Positions 7,517 to 17,954 of a stretch of 64,000 nt of DNA are shown one piece after another. The translations under genes were made by a program, and so were the position numbers. The stretch covers positions 64,001 through 128,000 of the IMG/VR virus record IMGVR_UViG_2706795719_000001, one strand, 5' to 3'. Position 1 is the stretch's first letter. Each line of letters opens with the position of its first letter. Under the pieces are notes generated by a model. That model was given only the letters and a program-made list of their open reading frames with translations. It ran no database searches and was not told the origin of the DNA. This stretch comes from a virus. Taxonomy: Duplodnaviria; Caudoviricetes.

Positions 7517-8068
7517 ATGATATTTTCCTTTTTTGATCCAGTTGAATATAGAGGTAAACCTACAACTAATATATTCAAAAATTATAAAGTATACATAAAA
7601 AGAGTTCTTTCTGATTACAAATTAAAAACATATTACATAAAGGGTTCTCCTAGACCTGAAGAATTAGCAAATACATTATATGGCAATCCACAATTATATT
7701 GGGTTCTTTTAATGATAAATGATAATTATGACCCATTTCATGGTTGGATAAAAGGACAAGAGGCTTCTTATCAAAGCGCTATACAACGCTACGAGAACGC
7801 AGGTGGGCAACAAGTTCTGTACCATATAGATAACAATGGCGAAAGATATTATAACCTTGTAGAAGATCCTGATAACCCTGGCCTTTGGTACGATAAAGGC
7901 GATAAAGATATGGAACACTTGCAATATAATGGGCCTTTGGCTGCTGTAGATATTTTAGAAGATGCCATTCTAAGAAATGAAGAATCACGCGAAATAAAAA
8001 TAATTGACCCAAAAGAAATACAATCATTTATTAGTGCAATTATTAGAGAAATGGAAAAATCATTATGA
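7517..8068 (+). CDS. 53: gp53 baseplate wedge
   Basis: RPEELANTLYGNPQLYWVLLMIN (LysM-like). Confidence 0.95.
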   Translation: MIFSFFDPVEYRGKPTTNIFKNYKVYIKRVLSDYKLKTYYIKGSPRPEELANTLYGNPQLYWVLLMINDNYDPFHGWIKGQEASYQSAIQRYENAGGQQVLYHIDNNGERYYNLVEDPDNPGLWYDKGDKDMEHLQYNGPLAAVDILEDAILRNEESREIKIIDPKEIQSFISAIIREMEKSL

Positions 8069-9795
8069 ATATACAAAATACTTATCTTCAACCATTTTTT
8101 GGTGTTGTTGAAGATCGTATGGACCCAAAAAAATTAGGACGCGTTAGAGTACGTATATATGGTGATCACCCATTTTCAAAAACAAAAGGTGACGTAGCTG
8201 GGTTAGAAACTGAAGATCTTTTATGGTTCCAAGTTCTTTTACCGGCAACATCTGCAACAGAATCTGGAGTAGGCAATTCTCCAACCGGAATATTAGAAGG
8301 CTCTTCAGTCTTTGGTTTATATTTAGACAAATATAAAACTTCTGGCATTGTTTTAGGAACATGGGCAGGTATAAGAACAGAAATGCCTAATTACACTGAA
8401 GGCTTTTCAGACCCAAATCAACAATATCCAACAAAACTTGGGAATGACTTAAATGATTTGTCTTTGGGTGGGAGAATAGGTAGAGAATCTATTGTTAACA
8501 TAATTCAAAATGATAATAGAGAAACTGCGCCGAACCCATCAAATACTCCGGCTGGCGAAGAACCAGAAAATAATAATCCAGTATTAACAATAGAAAAAAT
8601 GTTACAACGGGATGAAGGCTTACGTTTACGTTGGTACCCAGATAATGGATACGCAAGTATAGGTATTGGACATTTAATAAAAGCCCAGAAAACATCAGAC
8701 CCAGATTTAATTAATAAATGGATATCAGAACTAGTTGGAAGAAAGGTTACTAATGGCACAATCACTATGGATGAGTGTATGGCTATTTTTAAATCCGATA
8801 TTAAAAAAGTTAAAGATGGAATAGTTAAGCACCCTACAATAGGACCCATATACAAAAAATGTAATGCTTCTAGGAAAATGGCTTTAGAAAATATGGCTTA
8901 TCAAATGGGCCTTGGTGGATTAGCCAAATTTAAGAAAACTCTAAAATACATGGAAGAAGAGAAATGGGAAGATGCTTATATAAATCTTCAACAATCTTTG
9001 TGGTTTAGACAAACAAAAGGACGAGCGTCAAGGGTTTCTTTGATTATTCGTAATGGTAATTTAGAATCATATGGTGAGAAGACACCTAGTAATGCCAGGG
9101 CATTATCATCACAAAGGAATATAAACATAGAGCCTGAAGATCCTTATGTCCCTAACGATACCAGAGTGATGTTTGAAGAACCAAAAACAGAGTATAACAG
9201 CCAATATCCGTATAATAAAACTTTTGGTACTGAGTCTGGGATGATTCAAGAATTTGACGATACACCTGGTGCCGAACGATATAGATTAACCCATACTTCC
9301 GGGACATACCAAGAAATTTCTCCAGATGGAAGAAATGTTCAGAAAATAATAGGTGATAATTATAAAATTGTTCAACAAGATGACCATATACTTGTTCAAG
9401 GTGATGTTAAATTAGTTATTGGCGGTAATTCTAATGTTTATATAATGGGAACTTTAAACCAAACCATAGATGGAAGTGTTAATCAGACAGTTCGTGGTAA
9501 TGTGGTCCAACATGTCGAAGGAAATGTCAAAGCAACAATAGATCAAACAGCCGATATTCTTGTAAAAGAAGAAGCCATGCTTACTGTAGAAAAAGATGTA
9601 ACAGTTAACGCTAATCAAAATGCAGAAATAAATGTTAAAGAGCAAGCAACTGTTAATGCAGAAAATATTTCTGTTAATGCAGAAAAGAAAATGGAATTTA
9701 AAGCTGAAGATGTTGATTTTAGCGCAGTAAAAACATTTTCTGTTGATTCTGGGGTTCTTACTAAAATTACTGGTGCTAATGTACAGGTGGGATAA
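8065..9795 (+). CDS. 5: gp5 baseplate hub / tail lysozyme spike
   Basis: GVVEDRMDPKKLGRVRVR OB-fold, RDEGLR...IGIGH lysozyme, VxGN beta-helix repeats. Confidence 0.97.
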   Translation: MNIQNTYLQPFFGVVEDRMDPKKLGRVRVRIYGDHPFSKTKGDVAGLETEDLLWFQVLLPATSATESGVGNSPTGILEGSSVFGLYLDKYKTSGIVLGTWAGIRTEMPNYTEGFSDPNQQYPTKLGNDLNDLSLGGRIGRESIVNIIQNDNRETAPNPSNTPAGEEPENNNPVLTIEKMLQRDEGLRLRWYPDNGYASIGIGHLIKAQKTSDPDLINKWISELVGRKVTNGTITMDECMAIFKSDIKKVKDGIVKHPTIGPIYKKCNASRKMALENMAYQMGLGGLAKFKKTLKYMEEEKWEDAYINLQQSLWFRQTKGRASRVSLIIRNGNLESYGEKTPSNARALSSQRNINIEPEDPYVPNDTRVMFEEPKTEYNSQYPYNKTFGTESGMIQEFDDTPGAERYRLTHTSGTYQEISPDGRNVQKIIGDNYKIVQQDDHILVQGDVKLVIGGNSNVYIMGTLNQTIDGSVNQTVRGNVVQHVEGNVKATIDQTADILVKEEAMLTVEKDVTVNANQNAEINVKEQATVNAENISVNAEKKMEFKAEDVDFSAVKTFSVDSGVLTKITGANVQVG

Positions 9796-11861
9796 TGAAC
9801 TATTACGATAAAATAGATGAAGTGGTCTCAAACTTTGTTCATCCATGTGAAAGAGAAGTGCCAGATGGGTTCTATAGACGGGTTAAGTGGGAGCTATATA
9901 ATCCATCAAAAGAAAATAAAGGGCCAGGGAACGGCGAAGAGTGGGATACTGAGATAATAAAAATAGGCACTAGATTATATGACGCGAACCCATTTGGGCA
10001 TAAATCAGAAGAATTCCCGGAACCTTCTGTAGAAGGAGAAGATGAAGAAAAATGCAAATTTTGGTCTAAAAAAATAGGAATATGCTTCAAATCCCAACAA
10101 GAGCTTACTGATTATGTAGAATCTATAGGGTCTAAATTATTACCAGGCAATGATTGGTACGGGGCAGATTTATCTAAATCAAATCTGTTTAAAACACCAC
10201 ATGAATATAAAATGTACCAAATAGAAAACGCTGGTGGGACTTGGTCTAAAACAGGTCCTTCTATTGATAAAAGAACCATGATGATGGTAGACAAGGATTA
10301 TAATATTTCTATCAATTATAATGGCGTTTATGATTCAAGATCCGCTTATTTGAAACATTATGAAGACAAACCATGTACATATGTTGGTATAAGATTAAAC
10401 CTTGATGTAGATTTAAGTGTACCAGGAATACCTGAATCAGAACCTCCTACAATTGAAGGACTTCCACCTGAATTACCTGCATTAATGTTTGCAGCAAGAA
10501 GTTTACCTGCAATTGGATGTATTCCATTTAAAGCTAAATTTCCGTATAATGGATTATCACAAGCAATAGTTGAAGCATGGAATGAATCTAGAAGATCTTT
10601 TAAATTAATATGGGCAGATATTCCTGGCTTACCTGAAGGCGAAGGTTCTATCTGGAGTACCATGTATTCTGGTGTGTCTATTGCTATGGAAGAACTTGGT
10701 AATGCTGCATTGGGTATGTGCCAATATGTCCAACAAATGGCTTGGCTATCATTTAAAGAAGTTATTTCACAAGCATTAAACATTGTTGGTGGTGGTTGGG
10801 ATTTATTAAAATCATTTATTCCTAAAGTAACTATTCTTGGAATAACTTTTGACATAGAAGATATATGTACTTCAGGTAATGGGTTACAAAAATTAAAAGA
10901 AGCTTTTTCTAAATTTGATACAGAAAAAGTAATAGAAGGAATATATGCATTTATAGGAAGTGCCTACGAATATTCTGTAGAGTATGTGAAGGTATTTTCA
11001 AGAGACTTAATAGATGCTTTAACAGATTTATACGACTATTTGTGGTATGTTTTAATGACCGCTGGTGTAGCTTTATGCAAAACCCTTGTTAATTTAGCAG
11101 AAATTTGGTCCATTCCACCATGGATTCCAAACCCATTATGGAATGTTGTGATTGCAGTAAAAGAACTAATGAAACAAATAGAACCATTAGATATGATTCT
11201 TAAAGGTGGATTTCCTGGATTTACTGCTTCAGATTTATATTACATGGTAGAACGAAAAGTCAAAGAACTTATTGATGAAGCATACACCAAAATAGAATCT
11301 TTAAAAAATCAAGCCATTAAATTATGGGAACAAGTAAAAGAGGCAAAAGACAAGTGGCAAAAAGAATCTATAGGATTTAAACAATACCTTAAAGGCATGT
11401 ATGGCGCTGTCAGTGAAGAACTTACTCGTCAAAAAGAAGCTTTAGTACAAGAAGCAAAAGATATATACGAAAATTTATTAGCTAAATATGAAGCATTAAA
11501 TATAAATATAGACACACTTAAAGCTTCTGTTTCTAATGTACTTGAATTAGCATTAAATGAATTAAGAAATCTTCCTATAGTAGCCCAAATAGAACAACTT
11601 CTTTCATTAATAGGAACTTCATTTGATGAGATGATAACCACTATTAAAAATAGTATAACTGGTGCTCAATCATTATATAAAAACTTTACAGATGGAAGTC
11701 GATCACTAAAAGATATATGTAAATATATCTTCAGTCAAATTTCTACATTATCTTTGAGTAAAGTTACTCAATGGATTAATAAATTATTGAGTATATTCGG
11801 TTTAGAAATTAAATTTCCTGAATTAGAACTGTGTATACCATACGTAAAATACGAGGAATAA
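9795..11861 (+). CDS. large unknown protein (amphipathic helices + coiled coil) in place of 5.1/5.4
   Basis: 688-aa ORF, TAATG-coupled to gene 5, ends 1 nt before gene 6; no PAAR motif. Confidence 0.85.
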   Translation: MNYYDKIDEVVSNFVHPCEREVPDGFYRRVKWELYNPSKENKGPGNGEEWDTEIIKIGTRLYDANPFGHKSEEFPEPSVEGEDEEKCKFWSKKIGICFKSQQELTDYVESIGSKLLPGNDWYGADLSKSNLFKTPHEYKMYQIENAGGTWSKTGPSIDKRTMMMVDKDYNISINYNGVYDSRSAYLKHYEDKPCTYVGIRLNLDVDLSVPGIPESEPPTIEGLPPELPALMFAARSLPAIGCIPFKAKFPYNGLSQAIVEAWNESRRSFKLIWADIPGLPEGEGSIWSTMYSGVSIAMEELGNAALGMCQYVQQMAWLSFKEVISQALNIVGGGWDLLKSFIPKVTILGITFDIEDICTSGNGLQKLKEAFSKFDTEKVIEGIYAFIGSAYEYSVEYVKVFSRDLIDALTDLYDYLWYVLMTAGVALCKTLVNLAEIWSIPPWIPNPLWNVVIAVKELMKQIEPLDMILKGGFPGFTASDLYYMVERKVKELIDEAYTKIESLKNQAIKLWEQVKEAKDKWQKESIGFKQYLKGMYGAVSEELTRQKEALVQEAKDIYENLLAKYEALNINIDTLKASVSNVLELALNELRNLPIVAQIEQLLSLIGTSFDEMITTIKNSITGAQSLYKNFTDGSRSLKDICKYIFSQISTLSLSKVTQWINKLLSIFGLEIKFPELELCIPYVKYEE

Positions 11862-11862
11862 A

Positions 11863-13782
11863 ATGGATTTAATTAAAAAACAAATAAACAGTATTCCTGA
11901 AGTATACACTTCAGCCACTTTTGACGAGATAAAAGCAGATTGGATTAATTGGCTTAGAGGCCAAGACGAATTTAAAGACTATGATTTTAAAGGCTCTAGA
12001 TTAAATATTTTATTAGATCTTTTAACATATAATGTGTTATATATCCAACAATTTAGTAATTCAGCCTTATATGAATCATTTATACGAACTGCTTCATTAA
12101 GGTCTTCAGTTGTACAAGCCGCTCAAGATATGGGGTATTTTCCATCATCTATGACCGCGGCAGAATGTTCTATCATGTTAGAATGTACACATAAATTAAA
12201 TCCACAAAGTATTAAAATTCCTAGAGGAACCAAATTTTTAGCATCATCCAAAGATGGCCCAACACAGCCATATAATTTTGTAGTTAAAGAAGATGTTAAT
12301 GTTGTTAAGAGTAAAGATGGTAAATACTACCCAATAATTAATTTAGTCCAGGGCCGCGTTGTTAGAACTGAATTGGAATATGACCCAGATCAACAAATTC
12401 TTATTCGTGATAAATTTATGGACAGGCACACTGTTAGAGTTATGGTTAACGGTGTAAAATGGGAAGACTGGACAGAAAAATCTATTGTTAATATTTCAGG
12501 AACAAGTCATGTATTCTATATGAGAGAAACAATAGATGAATATACAGAAATATTTTTTGGCGAAGGTCAAGCTGATTATTCTGTTGTGGATGGAAGCTTA
12601 CAAAGCCATTATATCGGTGGATTAAAACCCGTTGCTGGGAGTAATATTGTAATAGAATATATTAGAACCGATGGCGGAAAGGCTAATGGGTCTATTAACT
12701 TTAGTTATGCCGATACACTTCAGTATGTCTCTGTAGTCAATATTATAGAAAACTATGATGAATCTGCTGACTATATCGGTGCATTTGGTGGTGGCGATCC
12801 TGAAGATATAGAAAGAATAAGAGAACTTGGCCCAATTAAAAGAGAATCACAAAGACGATGTGTAACTGCAACAGACTATGAATCATTTATTTCTGAACGA
12901 TTTGGTCCTATTGTCCAAGCAATACAATGTTTTACAGATAGAGATAAACCAGGATATGCATTTATAGCAATTAAACCTAAAGAAGGATTAAGATTATCAT
13001 CTGTACAACGTGAAGATATCCAAAATTATCTTAAAGAATATAATATTTCTACCATTACACCAAGTGTAATGTCTCCGAACTACATGTTCTTAAAACATAA
13101 AGTTAAAGTGACTTATTCTATGAATAAACTTTCTGAATCAGAACAGTGGTTAAAAGGACAAATCATAGACCAAATAGATAAATATTATAAAGATGAAGTA
13201 GAAATATTTAATAAAAGTTTCCACAAATCAAAAATGTTAACTTACGTTGATGATGCAGATATTTCTATTTTAGGTTCTTCTGCAGAAATAACTATGGTCA
13301 GAGAATTGGAAAATTTCTTTAAGACTCCAATGGCTGGTGTCAAATATAATAATAAAATAGTCCCAAAAGGATTATTGAGTAATGTATTTGAATACACTGT
13401 TAATGATGATTTGTCTTATGGAGTTAGATTAGCTTCGACAGAACCTAAAGGTGATTTAAAAGAAGGTAAAATTGTTATAGGACCATTTAGACAAGGCGAC
13501 ATCAAAATTAGCCCTTATCTTGGAACAGATTTTGAAAAATTAAAAACATCTGACAATCGTAATAGTTATTTTGTTGTTGGTAAAATCATTCATGAAGAAG
13601 ATTATATTTATTGGGATCTTGGACAATTAAATGTCACAAGTGATAAATTTTTGGTCCCAAGTATAGAATTATATGGAACTCCAGGAGATTCTAATATCTT
13701 TACAAAAGATGGGTCACTTATTGTGTTTGAAAATAATTTAAGACCCGAATACACAGAAATTATTATGGAGCCTATAGCTTAA
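11863..13782 (+). CDS. 6: gp6 baseplate wedge
   Basis: DYDFKGSRLNILLDLL, SSVVQAAQD, RCVTATDY. Confidence 0.96.
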   Translation: MDLIKKQINSIPEVYTSATFDEIKADWINWLRGQDEFKDYDFKGSRLNILLDLLTYNVLYIQQFSNSALYESFIRTASLRSSVVQAAQDMGYFPSSMTAAECSIMLECTHKLNPQSIKIPRGTKFLASSKDGPTQPYNFVVKEDVNVVKSKDGKYYPIINLVQGRVVRTELEYDPDQQILIRDKFMDRHTVRVMVNGVKWEDWTEKSIVNISGTSHVFYMRETIDEYTEIFFGEGQADYSVVDGSLQSHYIGGLKPVAGSNIVIEYIRTDGGKANGSINFSYADTLQYVSVVNIIENYDESADYIGAFGGGDPEDIERIRELGPIKRESQRRCVTATDYESFISERFGPIVQAIQCFTDRDKPGYAFIAIKPKEGLRLSSVQREDIQNYLKEYNISTITPSVMSPNYMFLKHKVKVTYSMNKLSESEQWLKGQIIDQIDKYYKDEVEIFNKSFHKSKMLTYVDDADISILGSSAEITMVRELENFFKTPMAGVKYNNKIVPKGLLSNVFEYTVNDDLSYGVRLASTEPKGDLKEGKIVIGPFRQGDIKISPYLGTDFEKLKTSDNRNSYFVVGKIIHEEDYIYWDLGQLNVTSDKFLVPSIELYGTPGDSNIFTKDGSLIVFENNLRPEYTEIIMEPIA

Positions 13783-16700
13783 TGAAAGCACCTAAAGTTA
13801 CTAGTTTAAGAATAATAAAATTATCTGCTAACCAGGTTCATATTAAATGGGACCCTGTAGGTAGTAATTTTTATTATTTTGTGGAACTAGCAGAATCAAG
13901 AAACGACGGAACGAAAGTTCCGTTAGATAAACTACAATGGCAGAATCTAGGGTATAGTTCTGATAATGATAGATTCATTAGTATTGGAATAATCCCTAAT
14001 ACACATTATTTGATTAGAGTATCTGTTAGAGCAAAGGGGTTTGAACAATCAGATTGGGCATATACAGAAGAATTTTTGACATTTAAATCAAATGCATATT
14101 CTTTTGACCATATGAAAGAATTTACTTTATCTGAACAATTTATTAAAGAAAAATTTGTTAAAAATAACTCAAACTATATTAATTTTAATACTGACCAATT
14201 GTTAGCCTCTTTAATGACAGAAGATTTTCAATTCACACCTAAATATAATGATGTATCTCAAATTTCTAATAAAATATTAAAAGAAGCTAATTTTCATGAG
14301 ATACAAGGAACACCTGAAGGAATAACTAGAGTTTGTTCTGATATCAATAGAGTTATGCCTGCAGAAATGGATGGAGTTTTATATCTATTTGAAAGGTTCC
14401 AAAATGTTGTTAAAGTTTCTAATGATAAAGGGCAGACCTGGAAGTATTATAAAGCTCTAGATGATCGTGTAGGTAATCCTGTTTCTAAAACATGTATATA
14501 TCAATCAGATACAACTTCATACGTTCTAGGCTACGATAGAGTGTTTTATGGCCGTAGAAGTTCTGATGTTAGATGGTCTGATGATCAACATCGTTTTTCT
14601 GAAACAGATTTAACATTTGCAAAAATAGGAGATACTTTACATTTAGGGTTTGATGTCGAGGTTTTTGGCACATTATCATTTTTACCTGGTAACGTATCCA
14701 GATTTGCTGAAGCAATTGCATCCAATAACGATTTTTTATATGTTGCTGCTAAAAATAATTTAAGATTTTTAGACCTTCACAATGCAGATGTAGATATGGA
14801 TGAAGGTTCTATATCATATGGTAAAAAATTATTTGATGAAAAGTCTATAAAAATAACAGATAATGAAAATATCGTTGTTAAAAAAATGGATGTTCTTAAT
14901 GGAGAACTTTATATTTTAGTCACGGGTGAAGTCAAGAAATATTTTATGGACCCAACTAAACCTGAAAATGTTATAGATTCTAAAGATAAAGGCGTATATA
15001 AATTAGTAGATGATAAGCTGGTTCGTGTTTTTGGTAATACTGAAGAAGAACGTAGAAAAATAGAGCATGAATATACCAATATGTCAACTGATGGAAAAGA
15101 ACTTTTTATTAGCTATGCCAATTTTAAATATACCGAATATACAAAAGACGATAAACTAGAAAATGGTATCAAATATATAAAAACTGAAAGCGGACTTTCT
15201 GATAAACATTATCACATGGGTTCTATTAGAACTTCAGACGGTGAAACATGGAAACCATATTATATGAGTTATTACGCTGAGCCATGGTTTACTTGGATGA
15301 ATAGAACAAAAACTCGTGTATGGATTAATAATGATAATCGACCTGTTGTTATATACCCATCAAAAACATACACAAAAATAATCGATACCGTTGGTCCAAC
15401 AGGTGAAGACCGGGTTGTCAAAGAAGTTTGGGATAAAGGCCATGGAACCTTTTATTGTAAAAATATATTTTTTGAAGGATTTAAACAATATTCAGGTGGT
15501 GTATTAATCCATAAAAGTTCCGGCGAAATAGTAGGATATTACGAATATAATTACAGGGTTAGAGATAATGCTAAAATTATTTGGATTCCAAAATTAATAT
15601 GTTTACAGGCTACTTTACAAAACCAAGAACACCCAGAAATATGGGAACCAAAACACAACAAAGGCGAAAAAGATCCTGATTTAAGACCTTTACTAAATAC
15701 AATGATTCCAGATAGTTATCTATTACAAAACAGTAATTTTGAAAAGTTCTGTGAATATTACCTCCAATTTTTATCTGATGGTAAAAACACACATTACAAT
15801 AAATTACTAAATTTAATACGTAATAAGTACCCAAGAGAAACTGATTCTGTTGAATACTTGTGGTCTGAAATAAATAAGCGAAACATTTATTTAGACAAAG
15901 AAAAAAGAGATCAAGTTATTAGATTTTTTGAATCAAGAAAATCTGATTTTTATAGCACAAAAGGAACCGAAGCCAGTTATAAATTCTTGTTTAAACTTTT
16001 ATATAATGAAGATGTTGAAATAGAAATAGAATCTAATTCTGGGTTAGAATATGATATTGTAGTTTATTCTGATAATATCAATGAAGACATCGTCGGACGA
16101 ACAATATACACTCCTACCGGCCGTTGTAATGTCACATATATTGAAAGAGAATATGCCAAAGGAAAATTACAATGGCGTATGACTATTCATAATATGATTG
16201 GTCGTTTTTTAGTAGGGCAAAATATTCTAGGCGAAAGAAGTGATTTTAAAGGACAAATAATCCAAGGGATTAAAGGTAAAGAAATATTATCTAATAAAGA
16301 AGATCTTGCTAATAGGTCTAGAAGTTATTATGTAATGAAAATAAAGTCTAAACTTCCAACATCAAGATATTCTTCTGATGTACTAAGATTTGTCCACCCA
16401 GTAGGATTTGGATTTATTGGGATTACTTTATTAACAATGTTTATAAATTCTGGCTTGTCCCTTAAACATTCTGAAACCATTATCAATAAACTGATTACAT
16501 ATAGGTATGATTCTGGGTATCCTTCTATATGGCCTGATAGAGTTGCTATATTAAAAAATGATATTATAGAGCTCGATCCTATAACAGGAGAAGCGTTATA
16601 TACATTACATCCTAAAGCTGGTGAAGATTTTGATATTCCCGATGATTATGACAAAAATGAAGGCTTTATAGGACCAGAAAAACCATATACAAATATGGAA

Positions 16701-16889
16701 GAGTATTTAAAAAATGTTCCACCTTCTAAGAGAAGACATAAGTATAGTCCTTTATTTGATCAGTCTGGATTAACATATTCTATTTTTAGAGATATGACAA
16801 ATCTACTCATCCAAAGTGATAAATATAGATATAAAGATAATATTAACAATCCAAGGGACCCTGAAAAGCCTTCACAGGAGAAAGTATAA
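13782..16889 (+). CDS. 7: gp7 baseplate wedge initiator
   Basis: 1035 aa; LRIIKLSANQV start, KGTEASYKFLFKLLYNEDV, VHPVGFGF. Confidence 0.96.
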   Translation: MKAPKVTSLRIIKLSANQVHIKWDPVGSNFYYFVELAESRNDGTKVPLDKLQWQNLGYSSDNDRFISIGIIPNTHYLIRVSVRAKGFEQSDWAYTEEFLTFKSNAYSFDHMKEFTLSEQFIKEKFVKNNSNYINFNTDQLLASLMTEDFQFTPKYNDVSQISNKILKEANFHEIQGTPEGITRVCSDINRVMPAEMDGVLYLFERFQNVVKVSNDKGQTWKYYKALDDRVGNPVSKTCIYQSDTTSYVLGYDRVFYGRRSSDVRWSDDQHRFSETDLTFAKIGDTLHLGFDVEVFGTLSFLPGNVSRFAEAIASNNDFLYVAAKNNLRFLDLHNADVDMDEGSISYGKKLFDEKSIKITDNENIVVKKMDVLNGELYILVTGEVKKYFMDPTKPENVIDSKDKGVYKLVDDKLVRVFGNTEEERRKIEHEYTNMSTDGKELFISYANFKYTEYTKDDKLENGIKYIKTESGLSDKHYHMGSIRTSDGETWKPYYMSYYAEPWFTWMNRTKTRVWINNDNRPVVIYPSKTYTKIIDTVGPTGEDRVVKEVWDKGHGTFYCKNIFFEGFKQYSGGVLIHKSSGEIVGYYEYNYRVRDNAKIIWIPKLICLQATLQNQEHPEIWEPKHNKGEKDPDLRPLLNTMIPDSYLLQNSNFEKFCEYYLQFLSDGKNTHYNKLLNLIRNKYPRETDSVEYLWSEINKRNIYLDKEKRDQVIRFFESRKSDFYSTKGTEASYKFLFKLLYNEDVEIEIESNSGLEYDIVVYSDNINEDIVGRTIYTPTGRCNVTYIEREYAKGKLQWRMTIHNMIGRFLVGQNILGERSDFKGQIIQGIKGKEILSNKEDLANRSRSYYVMKIKSKLPTSRYSSDVLRFVHPVGFGFIGITLLTMFINSGLSLKHSETIINKLITYRYDSGYPSIWPDRVAILKNDIIELDPITGEALYTLHPKAGEDFDIPDDYDKNEGFIGPEKPYTNMEEYLKNVPPSKRRHKYSPLFDQSGLTYSIFRDMTNLLIQSDKYRYKDNINNPRDPEKPSQEKV

Positions 16890-17896
16890 TGGATTCAGTA
16901 GAATTGTATAGATCGGTTGTTACATCTAAATTTAGAACCGGTAAATTATTAAGTTTTTATGACTCTATAGGTGATTCTGATTCTAAAACCACAATTTATG
17001 TTGGATTTGGACGTCAAGAACCATGGGCAGATAATGAAAAAGAGGTGGGTTTTGCCCCGCCTTATCCAATAGATGATGTATCAGGTGTTTCTGACATGTG
17101 GACACATATGATAGGTTTAATGAAAGTTGACAAGAGTTTAGTTGATGCCTTGATTCCACGTCGGGATTGGGGTGATTCAAGATACCCAAACCCGAGAACA
17201 TTTAATATTGGTGATATCGTAGTTACAAACTCGGCTCCTTATAACCAAACAGATATTGGTGATGGATGGAAAGTTTATAGAGTAGTAGATATTCCTAAAA
17301 CCGGTGTTTGTTCTATAAGTAATATTAAGAATAAAGACGAGTGTATTAAATTAGGTGGGACTTGGACACCATCATACGAATCTGTTTTTCCACCAAAAGG
17401 AAGAGGAGATGCAGAAAAAGGTGGATTAGTTGATATGGAAGATGGATATTTATGGGAATATTTATATACTATTCCACCTGATGTATCAATTAATAGATGT
17501 ACTAACGAATATATTGTTGTCCCTACACCAGATGAATTAGGGCAAGATCTAGAACGTTGGGGATATGAAGATAATTTATCATGGCAACAAAATGATAATA
17601 ATTTAGTGTATAGACTTAAAGTTGTGACTTTACGTTTTAGAGCTTTTATGGACTCTGTTTATTTTCCAGAAGCTTCTTGGCCTGGAAATAACGGGTTTAG
17701 ACAAATATGTGTTGTTATAAATCCATTAGAAAAGAAACAATGGCCCAATGACCCAAATGTAAAAGCAACTAAAAACTATTATCGTGTATCTCAAGTAGAA
17801 CGTAATTCTGGTGAAATGATATATCTAGAAAACAGACCACCTATAACAAGATCTATAGACCAAACAGAACTTGTGGATTTGGTTTTTAGTTTTTAA
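16889..17896 (+). CDS. 8: gp8 baseplate wedge
   Basis: YRSVVTSKFRT, GFAPPYP, SGEMIYLENRPPI. Confidence 0.96.
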   Translation: MDSVELYRSVVTSKFRTGKLLSFYDSIGDSDSKTTIYVGFGRQEPWADNEKEVGFAPPYPIDDVSGVSDMWTHMIGLMKVDKSLVDALIPRRDWGDSRYPNPRTFNIGDIVVTNSAPYNQTDIGDGWKVYRVVDIPKTGVCSISNIKNKDECIKLGGTWTPSYESVFPPKGRGDAEKGGLVDMEDGYLWEYLYTIPPDVSINRCTNEYIVVPTPDELGQDLERWGYEDNLSWQQNDNNLVYRLKVVTLRFRAFMDSVYFPEASWPGNNGFRQICVVINPLEKKQWPNDPNVKATKNYYRVSQVERNSGEMIYLENRPPITRSIDQTELVDLVFSF

Positions 17897-17899
17897 ATT

Positions 17900-17931
17900 A
17901 AGGAGCCTAGTGCTCCTTTTTTGTATAAATA
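17900..17931 (+). terminator. terminator followed by late promoter
   Basis: AAGGAGC-CTAGT-GCTCCTT-T run; TATAAATA at 17924-17931. Confidence 0.75.
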
Positions 17932-17954
17932 AGGATATATAACGAGGGCTCAAT

